Below are positions 9,810-18,990 of a stretch of DNA of 64,000 bases, piece by piece (the stretch's first letter is position 1; every line of letters begins with the position of its first letter). Under the pieces are notes generated by a model. The model had not been told where the DNA came from. It worked only from the letters and a program-made list of their open reading frames with translations, and made no database searches. A program made the position numbers and the translations under genes. This DNA comes from an uncultured Candidatus Rokubacteria bacterium (GTDB lineage: Bacteria; Methylomirabilota; Methylomirabilia; Rokubacteriales; DASRDR01), in contig CAWGVS010000005.1 of assembly GCA_963826115.1 (NCBI GenBank), positions 1,536,001-1,600,000 of the forward strand, given 5' to 3'.

Positions 9810-10574
9810 TCACATGTACAGCCCACCGTTGACGTGGATGACCTGGCCCGTGATGTAGCTCGCTCCTCCCGAGGCCAGGAACCGGACAACCTCCGCCACC
9901 TCGCGCGCAGTCCCGATCCGCTTCAGCGGGACCTGACCAACGTACGCCTCCCGCATCTCGCCGGACAGGGCCGCGGCCATGTCCGTCTCGATCAGTCCGG
10001 GCGCGACGGCGTTGACCAGAATACCCCAATGAGCCAGTTCTCGCGCCGAGGACTTGGTCAGTCCGATCAGGCCCGCCTTCGCCGTCGCGTAGTTGGCCTG
10101 GCCTGCGGTGCCCATGACGCCCGCCACCGAGGTCACGTTGACGATCCGCCCGGACCGCTGGCGGATCATGAGACGCCCGGCGGCCCGCGTGGCCTGGAAC
10201 GCGGCCTTGAGGTTGACGCCCAGGACCTCGTCCCAGTCGGCGTCCTTCATGCGGATCAGGAGGCCGTCCTTCGTGATGCCGGCGTTGTTGACCAGGAGGT
10301 CGATCCGATCGAAGCGCTTGTCCGTGTCGGTGACGATGCGCTGGACGTCCTCCGCCCGGCCCATCTCCGCGACCATGCCGACGGCCTTGCCGGCGCGCCC
10401 CTCGAGGGTCCCGGCGGCCTCCTCGACCTTCGCGGGGTCGCGGCCCGTGAACACCACCGTGGCGCCGTCGTCGAGGAGGGCCTCCACGATCGCGCGCCCG
10501 ATCCCTCGCGTACCGCCCGTGACGAGAGCGACCTGCCCGTCCAGAGACCGCCCGGCGCTGCCCGGCTCGCCCAC
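9810..10574 (-). CDS. fabG: 3-oxoacyl-ACP reductase
   Basis: TGGTRGIG, NNAGITKD, GQANYATAK, VNGGLYM; fab operon context. Confidence 0.95.
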   Translation of the reverse strand: MGEPGSAGRSLDGQVALVTGGTRGIGRAIVEALLDDGATVVFTGRDPAKVEEAAGTLEGRAGKAVGMVAEMGRAEDVQRIVTDTDKRFDRIDLLVNNAGITKDGLLIRMKDADWDEVLGVNLKAAFQATRAAGRLMIRQRSGRIVNVTSVAGVMGTAGQANYATAKAGLIGLTKSSARELAHWGILVNAVAPGLIETDMAAALSGEMREAYVGQVPLKRIGTAREVAEVVRFLASGGASYITGQVIHVNGGLYM

Positions 10575-10578
10575 GCCC

Positions 10579-11529
10579 TCAGCCCCCCAGCGCGGCCACG
10601 GCCTTGTCGAGCCCGGCCAGGTCCTCGACGGGCACGCCGGTGAGGGCGCCGTCGATGCGCCGCAGGAGGCCGGTCAGCACCTTGCCGGGCCCCACCTCGA
10701 CGAACGTCCGGCATCCCTCACGCGCCATGCGCGCGACGCAGTCCGTCCACCGGACGGGCGCCGTCACCTGGCGGATCAGGAAGGGCCGCACGTCGCCCGC
10801 GCGCGTGGTCAGCTCCGCGTCCACGTTGCGGACGACGGGATGACCCGGGTCGGCCATGCGCACTCCCCCGAGCACCGCGTCGAGGCGCTCGGCGGCCGGC
10901 GCCATCAGGCGACAGTGGAAGGGAGCGCTCACCGGCAGGAGGACGCTGCGCTTCCCACCCCGCGCGGGCGCCAGCGCCACCGCACGCTCGACGGCCGTCC
11001 GGTGGCCCGCGACGACGATCTGCCCCGGGGAGTTAATGTTGGCGACGTCCAGCACGTCGCCCTCCGCCGCATCGCGGCAGATCTCCTCCACGACCGGCAG
11101 CTCCACGCCGAGGATCGCGGCCATGGCCCCCGTGCCCACGGGCACCGCCTCCTGCATGAACTCCCCACGCCGGCGGACCACGGTCACCGCATCGGCGAAG
11201 TCGAGCGCACCCGCCACCACGAGCGCCGAGTACTCGCCGAGGCTGTGGCCCCCGACCACGGCGGGCCGGAACCCTCGCTCGGCGAGAATCCGCGCCCCCG
11301 CGACGCTCACGGTGAGCACGGCCGGCTGGGTGTTGGCGGTGAGCTGGAGCTCGGACTCGGGGCCCTCGAAGCACAGCTTGGCGACGTCGAAACCGATGGC
11401 GTCGCTCGCTTCCTCGAAGACGGCGCGCGCGGCGGGCGAGGCATCGTGGAACGCGCGCCCCATTCCCACGGCCTGCGAGCCCTGGCCCGGGAAGCAGAAC
11501 GCCAGGCGCACGTCAGCGGACACGCGCAT
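10579..11529 (-). CDS. fabD: Malonyl-CoA:ACP transacylase
   Basis: FPGQGSQ, GHSLGEY, SAPFHC, EVGPGKVL. Confidence 0.97.
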   Translation of the reverse strand: MRVSADVRLAFCFPGQGSQAVGMGRAFHDASPAARAVFEEASDAIGFDVAKLCFEGPESELQLTANTQPAVLTVSVAGARILAERGFRPAVVGGHSLGEYSALVVAGALDFADAVTVVRRRGEFMQEAVPVGTGAMAAILGVELPVVEEICRDAAEGDVLDVANINSPGQIVVAGHRTAVERAVALAPARGGKRSVLLPVSAPFHCRLMAPAAERLDAVLGGVRMADPGHPVVRNVDAELTTRAGDVRPFLIRQVTAPVRWTDCVARMAREGCRTFVEVGPGKVLTGLLRRIDGALTGVPVEDLAGLDKAVAALGG

Positions 11530-11555
11530 AGATGGTCACAGGTTCGCGAGCGCTG

Positions 11556-12617
11556 TCAACGGGGCGCGTCGGGCTCGGCCGGCCCCTCGTCCGCGCGGCC
11601 GTAGCGCGCCCCGGCCAGGGACTGACCCAGCTCGCCGGCCAGCGCCGCACGGATGTGTCCGTTGAGGTCAGCCTTGACCCACTCCGCCGCGGTCCGGATC
11701 CCGTTCTTCACCGCCCGGGCCGGCGAGGAGCCGTGGCCGATGATGCACGCGCCGTTGATGCCGAGGAGCGGCGCCCCGCCCGTCTCCGTGTAGTCGACCC
11801 GCTTCCAGAGGCGGCGGAAGGCCGGGCGCACCAGCAGGGCCGCCAGCTTGGTGGACAACGAGCGGCCGATCTCCTCCCGCATGAGGTTGACTAGCATGTC
11901 GGCGAGGCTCTCCGAGACCTTCAGGCACACATTGCCCGTGAAGCCGTCCGTCACCACGACGTCGGTGTGGCCGTTGTAGAGGTCCCGGCCCTCGACGTTC
12001 CCGACGAAGTTGATCGGCGACTCCTCGAGCCGCTTGAACACCTCGCGCACCAGCTCGTTGCCCTTGCCCTCCTCCTCGCCGACCGAGAGGAGCCCCACGC
12101 GGGGCTCGGTCACCCCGAGGATGTCCTTGGCGTAGACGTGCCCCATCACCGCGTACTGGGCGAGGTGCCAGGGCTTGGGGTCGATGTTCGCGCCCACGTC
12201 GAGGAGGATCGTCCGGCCGATCTTGTTGGGCAGCACGACGGCGATGGCCGGTCGGTCGACGCCCGGCAGGACGCCGAGCGTGAACATCGCGATGGCCATG
12301 GCCGCGCCGGTGTTGCCTGCCGAGATGAACGCGCCCGCCTCGCCGTCGCGCACCAGGGACGCGGCGACGCGCATCGAGGAGTCGCGCTTCCGGCGGAGGG
12401 CGTGAGAGGGCTGCTCGCTCATCTCCACCACCTGGGAGGCGTGCCGGACGCTGATGGGGAGCGGTCCCGTCCGGTGGCGAGCCAGCTCGCGCTCGATGAT
12501 CGTCCGGTCGCCGACCAGGATGACCTCGAGCCCGTACTCGCGCGCGGCGTCGATCGCGCCCTCGACGTTGACGGGCACTCCCCCGTCACCGCCCATCGCG
12601 TCGACGGCGATCTTCAT
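11556..12617 (-). CDS. plsX: Phosphate acyltransferase
   Basis: MKIAVDAMGGD, SAGNTGA, DVGAN, DGFTGNV, GHGSS. Confidence 0.97.
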   Translation of the reverse strand: MKIAVDAMGGDGGVPVNVEGAIDAAREYGLEVILVGDRTIIERELARHRTGPLPISVRHASQVVEMSEQPSHALRRKRDSSMRVAASLVRDGEAGAFISAGNTGAAMAIAMFTLGVLPGVDRPAIAVVLPNKIGRTILLDVGANIDPKPWHLAQYAVMGHVYAKDILGVTEPRVGLLSVGEEEGKGNELVREVFKRLEESPINFVGNVEGRDLYNGHTDVVVTDGFTGNVCLKVSESLADMLVNLMREEIGRSLSTKLAALLVRPAFRRLWKRVDYTETGGAPLLGINGACIIGHGSSPARAVKNGIRTAAEWVKADLNGHIRAALAGELGQSLAGARYGRADEGPAEPDAPR

Positions 12618-12660
12618 CGGCCGATCACCCGGCCGCGCCGCGGGCATGAAAGGGGCGCTC

Positions 12661-12843
12661 TCAGGCGCCTTCGGTCGAGATGACCTCTCGTCCCTTGTAG
12701 TACCCGCAGTGCGGGCACACGTGGTGCGGAACCTTGGGCTCGCGGCACTGAGGACACATCGACAGCGTGGGCGCCTCGAGCTTGTAGTGCGTGCGCCGCT
12801 TCCGGCCGCGGGTGATCGAGTGTCGGCGCTTGGGCAACGGCAT
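12661..12843 (-). CDS. rpmF: 50S ribosomal protein L32 (Zn-ribbon, four Cys)
   Basis: MPLPKRRHS...CPQC...PHHVCPHCGYY. Confidence 0.98.
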   Translation of the reverse strand: MPLPKRRHSITRGRKRRTHYKLEAPTLSMCPQCREPKVPHHVCPHCGYYKGREVISTEGA

Positions 12844-12855
12844 CGGTCGGTTCTC

Positions 12856-13362
12856 CTATTGGAGGCGCCGGAGCGCCTCGAGCGGCGCCAGCCGCGGGTC
12901 GGTCCCCCGCGGCTCGCACCGGCACTCGGTGACGTTCTTGTTGCCGCCGCACACCGGGCAGAGCCCCCGGCAATCGGGGCGGCAAAGCGGCTTCATGGGC
13001 AGAGCCAGGTCGGTCTCGCTCCGGAGAAGCTGTCCGACGTCCAGGACGTCCTCACGGTAGAAGTCCACCTCCAGGTCGTCGCGACCCAGCTCGATCTGGC
13101 CGTGCCGGCCGTTCGGCGGTGGCACGAACTGGAGGTCCACGCTGGGCTCGACCCGCGCCACGATCGCTTCCAGGCAGCGGCCGCACGCCAGCGGCGCCGT
13201 GGCCCCGAACCGTCCCGTGATGGAGACCTTGTCGCCCTGGCGCTCCACCAGGAGATCGATCCCGTCGAGCGTCCAGGCCGGGTCCGGATAGACCGCGCCG
13301 ATGCCCGCCGGGTCGATGAGCCTCACGCCCTCGTCGGGGATCTCGGAGATACGGATCTGCAT
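12856..13362 (-). CDS. yceD: DUF177/YceD family protein
   Basis: CGRCL; [18 protein letters not shown]; DPRLAPL; position upstream of rpmF. Confidence 0.92.
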   Translation of the reverse strand: MQIRISEIPDEGVRLIDPAGIGAVYPDPAWTLDGIDLLVERQGDKVSITGRFGATAPLACGRCLEAIVARVEPSVDLQFVPPPNGRHGQIELGRDDLEVDFYREDVLDVGQLLRSETDLALPMKPLCRPDCRGLCPVCGGNKNVTECRCEPRGTDPRLAPLEALRRLQ

Positions 13363-13431
13363 CTGTTACTCGTCCGAAGCGTCAGTTGACTGATAAGTGT
13401 GGATTAAATCGAGTCTTTCTAAAGCGGTCGC

Positions 13432-13460
13432 AGTATACGGGGGGGCCCAGGGGGTGTCAA
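13432..13460 (-). promoter_or_regulatory. Sigma70-type promoter of the yceD-rpmF-fab operon
   Basis: Minus strand TTGACA-17 bp-TATACT. Confidence 0.85.
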
Positions 13461-13502
13461 GGGAAAAGGGCCGGACGGGCGCCCTCCCTCGGGGCCCGCG
13501 CG

Positions 13503-13531
13503 TTGACGGTGCGGAGGGCGTCTGCTACGTT
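13503..13531 (+). promoter_or_regulatory. Sigma70-type promoter of htpX
   Basis: TTGACG-17 bp-TACGTT with extended TG. Confidence 0.65.
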
Positions 13532-13595
13532 TCGTGGCGACACCCTGACGAGCGGCCGGGGTCAATCCCTGTCCGCGGAGCGAGGTCAACTGACG

Positions 13596-14456
13596 ATGGG
13601 CAACATGCTGAAGACGACGGTGTTCCTGGCCCTCCTGACCGGCCTGTTCATCGCTGTGGGCGGGCTCCTCGGGGGCCGGAGCGGCATGATGATGGCGTTC
13701 GTGCTCGCGCTGGTCATGAACTTCGTGTCGTACTGGTTCTCGGACAAGATCGTCCTGAAGATGTACGGGGCCCAGCCGATCGGCGAGGCCGAGGCGCCGG
13801 TGGTTCACCGGATCGTGAGGAACCTGGCCACGAAGGCCCGGATCCCCATGCCGAAGCTCTACCTGATCCCCTCGGAGGCGCCCAACGCCTTCGCCACCGG
13901 CCGGAACCCCCAGCACGCCGCCGTGGCCGTGACGGAGGGCATCCTGAGAATCATGAACGAGCGGGAGCTCGAGGGCGTCCTGGCTCACGAGCTCTCGCAC
14001 GTGCTCAACCGGGACATCCTGATCTCGACGGTCGCCGCGACGGTCGCCGGCGCGATCTCGATGCTGGCGAACATGGCCCAGTGGGGCATGATGTTCGGCG
14101 GCTCGAGGGACGAGGAAGGGCGGAGCACGAACCCGATCGCGCTGATCCTGACCATCATCCTGGCGCCGCTGGCGGCGATGCTGATCCAGATGGCCGTCTC
14201 GCGCTCGCGCGAGTACCAGGCCGACGCCTCGGGCGCCCAGCTCACGAAGGACCCCCACGGCCTCGCGTCGGCCCTCGGCAAGCTGGGCCAGGCGAGCCGG
14301 ATCGTGCAGATGGACGCCAACCCCGCGACCGCGCACCTGTTCATCGTGAACCCCCTCTCGGGCCGGTCGCTCATGAGCCTCTTCGCGACTCACCCGCCGC
14401 TCGAGGACCGCATCGCCCGGCTCGAGGCCATGCGCCCCGACGCCGTGCGCGTCTGA
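13596..14456 (+). CDS. htpX: Membrane zinc protease HtpX
   Basis: [34 protein letters not shown]. Confidence 0.95.
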   Translation: MGNMLKTTVFLALLTGLFIAVGGLLGGRSGMMMAFVLALVMNFVSYWFSDKIVLKMYGAQPIGEAEAPVVHRIVRNLATKARIPMPKLYLIPSEAPNAFATGRNPQHAAVAVTEGILRIMNERELEGVLAHELSHVLNRDILISTVAATVAGAISMLANMAQWGMMFGGSRDEEGRSTNPIALILTIILAPLAAMLIQMAVSRSREYQADASGAQLTKDPHGLASALGKLGQASRIVQMDANPATAHLFIVNPLSGRSLMSLFATHPPLEDRIARLEAMRPDAVRV

Positions 14457-14588
14457 GTGCGCGCCGCCGCCCCAGGTTGTCCGGCGCGGCCGGCGGGCTC
14501 GGTTCCGGGCCCGGCGGCCGTCGCCGTCTCGGAGCGAGAATCCCGTGACCGCGCTCGGGACCCGGCCGTACCCTAGTTCCGGCGCCCC

Positions 14589-15293
14589 ATGATCCAGACC
14601 CACGGGCTCGCGAAGCTCTACGGCATGCACGCCGCCCTCCGCGGCGTGACGCTCGAGGTCCCGGCGGGCCAGATCCTGGCCGTCCTCGGTCACAACGGCT
14701 CGGGGAAAACGACCCTCGTGCGGCTCCTGGCCACCCTCGCCCGGCCGACGGCCGGCCGTGGCCGGATCGGGGGTCACGACCTGGTCGACGGCCGCGACGC
14801 CGTGCGCCGGCTCGTGGCCGTCGTCGGGCACAGCACCCACCTCTACGACGACCTCACGCCGCGGGAGAACCTGGCGTTCGCGGAAGCCCTCGTCGGCCGC
14901 CCCGTCGACGCGGGCCGGATCGAGGCGGCGCTCGGGCAGGTCGGCCTCGACGGCCAGGCGGGCACCCGGGTGCGCGCCCTGTCGAGCGGCCTCCGCCGTC
15001 GGGTCGCGCTCGCGCGCGCGATCCTCCGCGAGGCCCGCGTGCTCCTCCTCGACGAGGCCTTCTCCGGCCTCGACCACGACAGCACCAAGCGCCTCGAGGA
15101 CTACCTCCACGCGTTCCGGGCCGGGGGCGGCTCGGCCGTCGTCGTGACCCACAGTCTCGGGCGCGCCCTGGCGATCGCCGACCGCGTGGCGATTCTCGCC
15201 GGAGGACGCATCGCGGCCGAGGCGACCCGCGCGAGCCTCACCGAGGAGGCGCTCCAGCGCCTGTACCTCGGCGCCACGGAGTCCGGCGCGTGA
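14589..15293 (+). CDS. ccmA: Heme exporter ATPase CcmA
   Basis: GHNGSGKT Walker A, LSSG signature, LLLDE; upstream of ccmB/C. Confidence 0.9.
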   Translation: MIQTHGLAKLYGMHAALRGVTLEVPAGQILAVLGHNGSGKTTLVRLLATLARPTAGRGRIGGHDLVDGRDAVRRLVAVVGHSTHLYDDLTPRENLAFAEALVGRPVDAGRIEAALGQVGLDGQAGTRVRALSSGLRRRVALARAILREARVLLLDEAFSGLDHDSTKRLEDYLHAFRAGGGSAVVVTHSLGRALAIADRVAILAGGRIAAEATRASLTEEALQRLYLGATESGA

Positions 15294-15970
15294 ACGGGTT
15301 CCTGCGCACGGCCTGGGCGGTCTTCCGGAAGGACCTCCTGGTCGAGCGGCGGGCGAAGGAGGGCGCCAACGCCCTCGGCTTCTTCGCGATCCTGCTCCTC
15401 TTCCTCTTCTACTTCGCGCTCGGACCCGATCGCGACCGGATCCGGGTCGCGCTGCCCGGCCTCTTCTGGCTGGCCTTCGTCCTGGCGGGCGTGCTCGGGC
15501 TCGGCCGCGCCTTCGCGCTCGAGCGCGACAACGACTGCCTCGACGGGCTCATCCTCGCGCCGGCCGACAAGGGAGCGATCTACCTCGGCAAGCTGGCGGG
15601 GACCACGGCGCTGATGCTGGCGATGGAGGTGGTCTTCGTCGTCGCGACCGGCATCTTCTACAACCTCGACATCTGGGCCGCGGTGCCGCGCCTCCTCTTG
15701 GTGGCGCTGGCCGGCACGATCGGCTTCGTGGCGGTGGGGACGCTGTTCGGGGCCATGACCGCCCAGCTCCGTGCGCGCGAGGTCCTGCTTCCGGTCCTCC
15801 TCCTGCCCCTCGTGGTCCCCGTCCTGCTCGCGGCCGTGAAGCTCACGGACCTCGCGCTGGCCGGCGAGGGCTGGGGGCCGGCGTGGCCCTGGTGGCAGCT
15901 CCTGCTCGGCTTCGACGTGGTGTTCGTGGTGGCCGGGCTCCTCACCTTCGAGTTCGTCCTGGAGGCGTGA
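15290..15970 (+). CDS. ccmB: Heme exporter permease CcmB
   Basis: KDLLVERR, ERDNDCLDGL, REVLLPVLLLPLVVPVL. Confidence 0.9.
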   Translation: MNGFLRTAWAVFRKDLLVERRAKEGANALGFFAILLLFLFYFALGPDRDRIRVALPGLFWLAFVLAGVLGLGRAFALERDNDCLDGLILAPADKGAIYLGKLAGTTALMLAMEVVFVVATGIFYNLDIWAAVPRLLLVALAGTIGFVAVGTLFGAMTAQLRAREVLLPVLLLPLVVPVLLAAVKLTDLALAGEGWGPAWPWWQLLLGFDVVFVVAGLLTFEFVLEA

Positions 15971-16638
15971 CGGTGCACCGGATCCTCGGCGGGCTGGCGG
16001 CGGTCCTCCTCGCGCTCGGGCTGTGGCTCGGACTCGGCTGGGCGCCCCGGGACGCCGTCCAGGGGAACGTCCAGCGCATCATGTACGTCCACGTCCCGTC
16101 GATCCTGACCGGCTACGCCGCGATCGGCCTCGTCCTGGTGGCGAGCATCGCCTACCTGTGGACGCGCCGGCCCGCCTGGGACCGCGTGGCGGCCGCCGGA
16201 GGCGAGCTCGCGGTCTGCTTCGTGGGGCTCACGCTGGCGACGGGCTCGATCTGGGGGAAGCCCACCTGGGGGACGTGGTGGACCTGGGACGCGCGACTCA
16301 CCTCGACCGCGCTCCTCTTCGTGATCTACCTCGGCTACCTCCTGCTCCGGAGCGTGGTGGAGGACCCGGAGCGCGCGGCGACGTATGCGGCCGTCCTCGG
16401 AATCGTCGGCGCCCTCGACGTCCCGATCATCCACTTCTCGGTCGAGTGGTGGCGCACCCTCCACCAGCCCGCGACCGTCCTGAAGCCGCAGGCGCCCTCG
16501 ATGGACCCGGCGATGCTCCGGGCGCTCCTCGTGAACATCGCGGCGTTCGTCGCGGCCTTCGCCTACCTCGCCGTCCGGCGCTACCGCCTGCTGACGCTCC
16601 GGGCCGAGCAGCTCGCCCGCGCCGTCGCGAGCTTGTAG
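15967..16638 (+). CDS. ccmC: Heme exporter protein CcmC
   Basis: IMYVHVP, WWD motif WGKPTWGTWWTWDARLT, SVEWWRTLHQ; GTGA overlap with ccmB. Confidence 0.95.
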   Translation: MTVHRILGGLAAVLLALGLWLGLGWAPRDAVQGNVQRIMYVHVPSILTGYAAIGLVLVASIAYLWTRRPAWDRVAAAGGELAVCFVGLTLATGSIWGKPTWGTWWTWDARLTSTALLFVIYLGYLLLRSVVEDPERAATYAAVLGIVGALDVPIIHFSVEWWRTLHQPATVLKPQAPSMDPAMLRALLVNIAAFVAAFAYLAVRRYRLLTLRAEQLARAVASL

Positions 16639-16646
16639 CCCGTGCC

Positions 16647-16690
16647 GCCGGCGGCCCGCGCCGCCGTTTGACGGCGGCGGGCCGCCCGGC
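16647..16690 (+). terminator. GC-rich hairpin after ccmC (putative terminator) overlapping the next promoter's -35
   Basis: GGCGGCCCGCGCCGCCGT-ttg-ACGGCGGCGGGCCGCC inverted repeat; no poly-U tail. Confidence 0.45.
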
Positions 16691-16696
16691 TAGGAT
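16668..16696 (+). promoter_or_regulatory. Sigma70-type promoter for the 739-aa lipoprotein
   Basis: TTGACG-17 bp-TAGGAT; GGGAGG RBS before ATG 16744. Confidence 0.65.
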
Positions 16697-16743
16697 TCCG
16701 GCGAACTCCGCGTCGCCGGCGCCCGGTCCTCGGGAGGCTATCC

Positions 16744-18963
16744 ATGTGGACCACGGCTCGCTCCCTCGCCGCTCGGGTCACCCCCGGCTCGCTGCTGGGC
16801 CCGATGCTGCTCGCTGGCTGCGCGGCCGCCCCGGAGCCCTTCGTGCAGCTGTCCGGGACCTCCGGTCCGGTCTCCTGGGAGATCGTGGACGTCTCGCAGA
16901 CGACCGTCCCGGGGAAGGAGATCCGCTGGGACTACACGCTCGTCGTGCGGACCGACGGTGGCCCCATCCAGTTCGAGACGCTCGAGACCGGCAGCGAGGG
17001 CGGCGCCGAGGGCATCCACGCCAGCCCATTCGTGGAGCGCCTCGAGTCGCACGGACGGCTCGTCATCCACACCGCGTACACCGTCCAGCAGAACAAGATG
17101 AACTCCGAGCTGTTCGGCAACTCGGCGCTCGGGCGACACCTGGACGTCGTGCGGCTCTTCCACCGGCTCACGGGCAAGGACCTAAACGGCCAGCCCGTCC
17201 GCGTCGACGTGCGCTTCACGCTCGACGCGGGGCTCGGCGCCCAGACGTCCCGGCGCCCGACGCAATCCGGGGCGCAGACGCCCGGCACAGCCACTGGGGC
17301 CCCGCTGGCCGAGCCCCAGACCGCTGGCCCGGCCAGCCTGGCGCACCAGCGAATCGGAGCGGACGCGACGGCGCTCGAGCGAGCGATGCTCGACGACCTC
17401 CGGGACGGATCACTCGATCGCCACTCGCCGCTGGACGCGGCCCTCATCGTCAGCGGGGCGCGCGACCGCCAAGAGCTCGACGCCCTCCGGCGGCGCTTCG
17501 AAGCGGCCGTCGCGCCTATCGTGGCGCGCGTCAAGGACCTGCCCACACCCGCCGAGCGGGCTCCCGCGCTCCTGGGCGCTCTCCACCCCGCCCGCACTAG
17601 CCTGGCACCGCTCCTCCGGGAGTACACGCTGAACGCGACCACCCTGATCGACGTCATCGAGACCGGCCGCTACAACTGCGTGTCGGCGACGATCGTGTTC
17701 ACGCTTCTGGCGGCCCGCGTCGGGCTGGACGCGCACCCGGTCCTGGTCCCCTCGCACGCGCGCGCCGCAGTCCGCATCGGCGGCCGGCAGGTCCCCGTGG
17801 AGACGACCGAGCCCTACGGATTCGATCCGAGCGAGGCCGAGCGGCGGCAGATCCTGCGGCGCTTCCGCGCCGACGTGGACGCCGCGCCCTCCTACGCCGA
17901 CGAGCAGGCCACCGACGTCGACTTCATCGCCCTCCTGGGCGCCGTCTACACGAACGCCTCGACGCTCCGCTCGCAGGAGGGGAACGTCGCGGCGGCGGTG
18001 GCCGTCGCCGGCCGCGCGGACCTCTTCGTCTCCCCGGCGGACCGGGTCGTCCTGAGCCGGTTCCGGATCGGTCTCCTGAACGAGATGGCCGTCGAGAGCT
18101 CGCAGCGCGGGCACCGCGCGGACGCCGTGACCGCCCTCGAGGAGGCGCGACGCCTGGCGACGCAGGCGGACGACGTCGCGTTCGTCGATGAGAGCCTCAC
18201 GGCCGTCGCCCTCGCCTGGATCCACGAGATCAGGGACTCCGCCGACGACGCCACGGTCCTCGCCTTCGCCGATCGCTTCGCCGGGGGGTCGGTCACTCGC
18301 GACGAGGTCCGCTCGTACGCGCTCCGGCTCGTCGCCTACCGGCGGACACAGCGCCGGGAGTGGGAGGCCGCCGTCCGCGACCTGCGGGAGGCCGCGACCC
18401 TGACCCGCATCCCCGCGTCCCGCGACCACGTCGCCCGCGAGCTCGCCCGCGCCGAGCTCGCCTACGTCAACGAGCTGGTGTCGAAAGACGCCGAGCGCGC
18501 GTGGCACGCATACCAGGCTCTCCCGCGCGACGGGGACGACGCCGAGCTCGCGAGCGCGCGCCAGCATGTCGCCCACCGGGTCGCTGTCGCGCGCATCCGG
18601 TCGCTGACGGACCAGCGGCGATGTGAGGATCTCGAGGCCCCGCTCGCGCTCTGGCGAGACGCCGACACGAGCGCCGAGCCGGACGGCGCGAGCGCCACTT
18701 GCCACACGCGGCGCGGCCTCGCGCTCTGGGACCAGGGGGAGATCGACCAGGCCACCGACGACTTCCGACGCGCATACCGGCTCGCCCCGCGTGATCCGGT
18801 GACGGAGCAGAACCTCGTCGCCGGGCTCCAGCGCCTCATCGCGGACCGGATCCGCGTGGGGCGGTGCCCGGACGCCCGCCCGCTGATCGCCGAGGGACGA
18901 ACGGTGGCGGCGGCGGACGCCTGGTTCCAGCGGGCGGCCGCGCGCTGCGACCAGCCCCCCTGA
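16744..18963 (+). CDS. Putative lipoprotein with transglutaminase-like (Cys-His-Glu) domain and TPR-like helical repeats
   Basis: Lipobox LLAG-C; GRYNCVSAT...LAARVG...VPSHA...VETT; C-terminal TPR-like RRGLALWDQGEIDQATDDFRRAYRLAP. Confidence 0.7.
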   Translation: MWTTARSLAARVTPGSLLGPMLLAGCAAAPEPFVQLSGTSGPVSWEIVDVSQTTVPGKEIRWDYTLVVRTDGGPIQFETLETGSEGGAEGIHASPFVERLESHGRLVIHTAYTVQQNKMNSELFGNSALGRHLDVVRLFHRLTGKDLNGQPVRVDVRFTLDAGLGAQTSRRPTQSGAQTPGTATGAPLAEPQTAGPASLAHQRIGADATALERAMLDDLRDGSLDRHSPLDAALIVSGARDRQELDALRRRFEAAVAPIVARVKDLPTPAERAPALLGALHPARTSLAPLLREYTLNATTLIDVIETGRYNCVSATIVFTLLAARVGLDAHPVLVPSHARAAVRIGGRQVPVETTEPYGFDPSEAERRQILRRFRADVDAAPSYADEQATDVDFIALLGAVYTNASTLRSQEGNVAAAVAVAGRADLFVSPADRVVLSRFRIGLLNEMAVESSQRGHRADAVTALEEARRLATQADDVAFVDESLTAVALAWIHEIRDSADDATVLAFADRFAGGSVTRDEVRSYALRLVAYRRTQRREWEAAVRDLREAATLTRIPASRDHVARELARAELAYVNELVSKDAERAWHAYQALPRDGDDAELASARQHVAHRVAVARIRSLTDQRRCEDLEAPLALWRDADTSAEPDGASATCHTRRGLALWDQGEIDQATDDFRRAYRLAPRDPVTEQNLVAGLQRLIADRIRVGRCPDARPLIAEGRTVAAADAWFQRAAARCDQPP

Positions 18964-18990
18964 GACGCTAGGCGGCGAGCCGCCGCGCGC

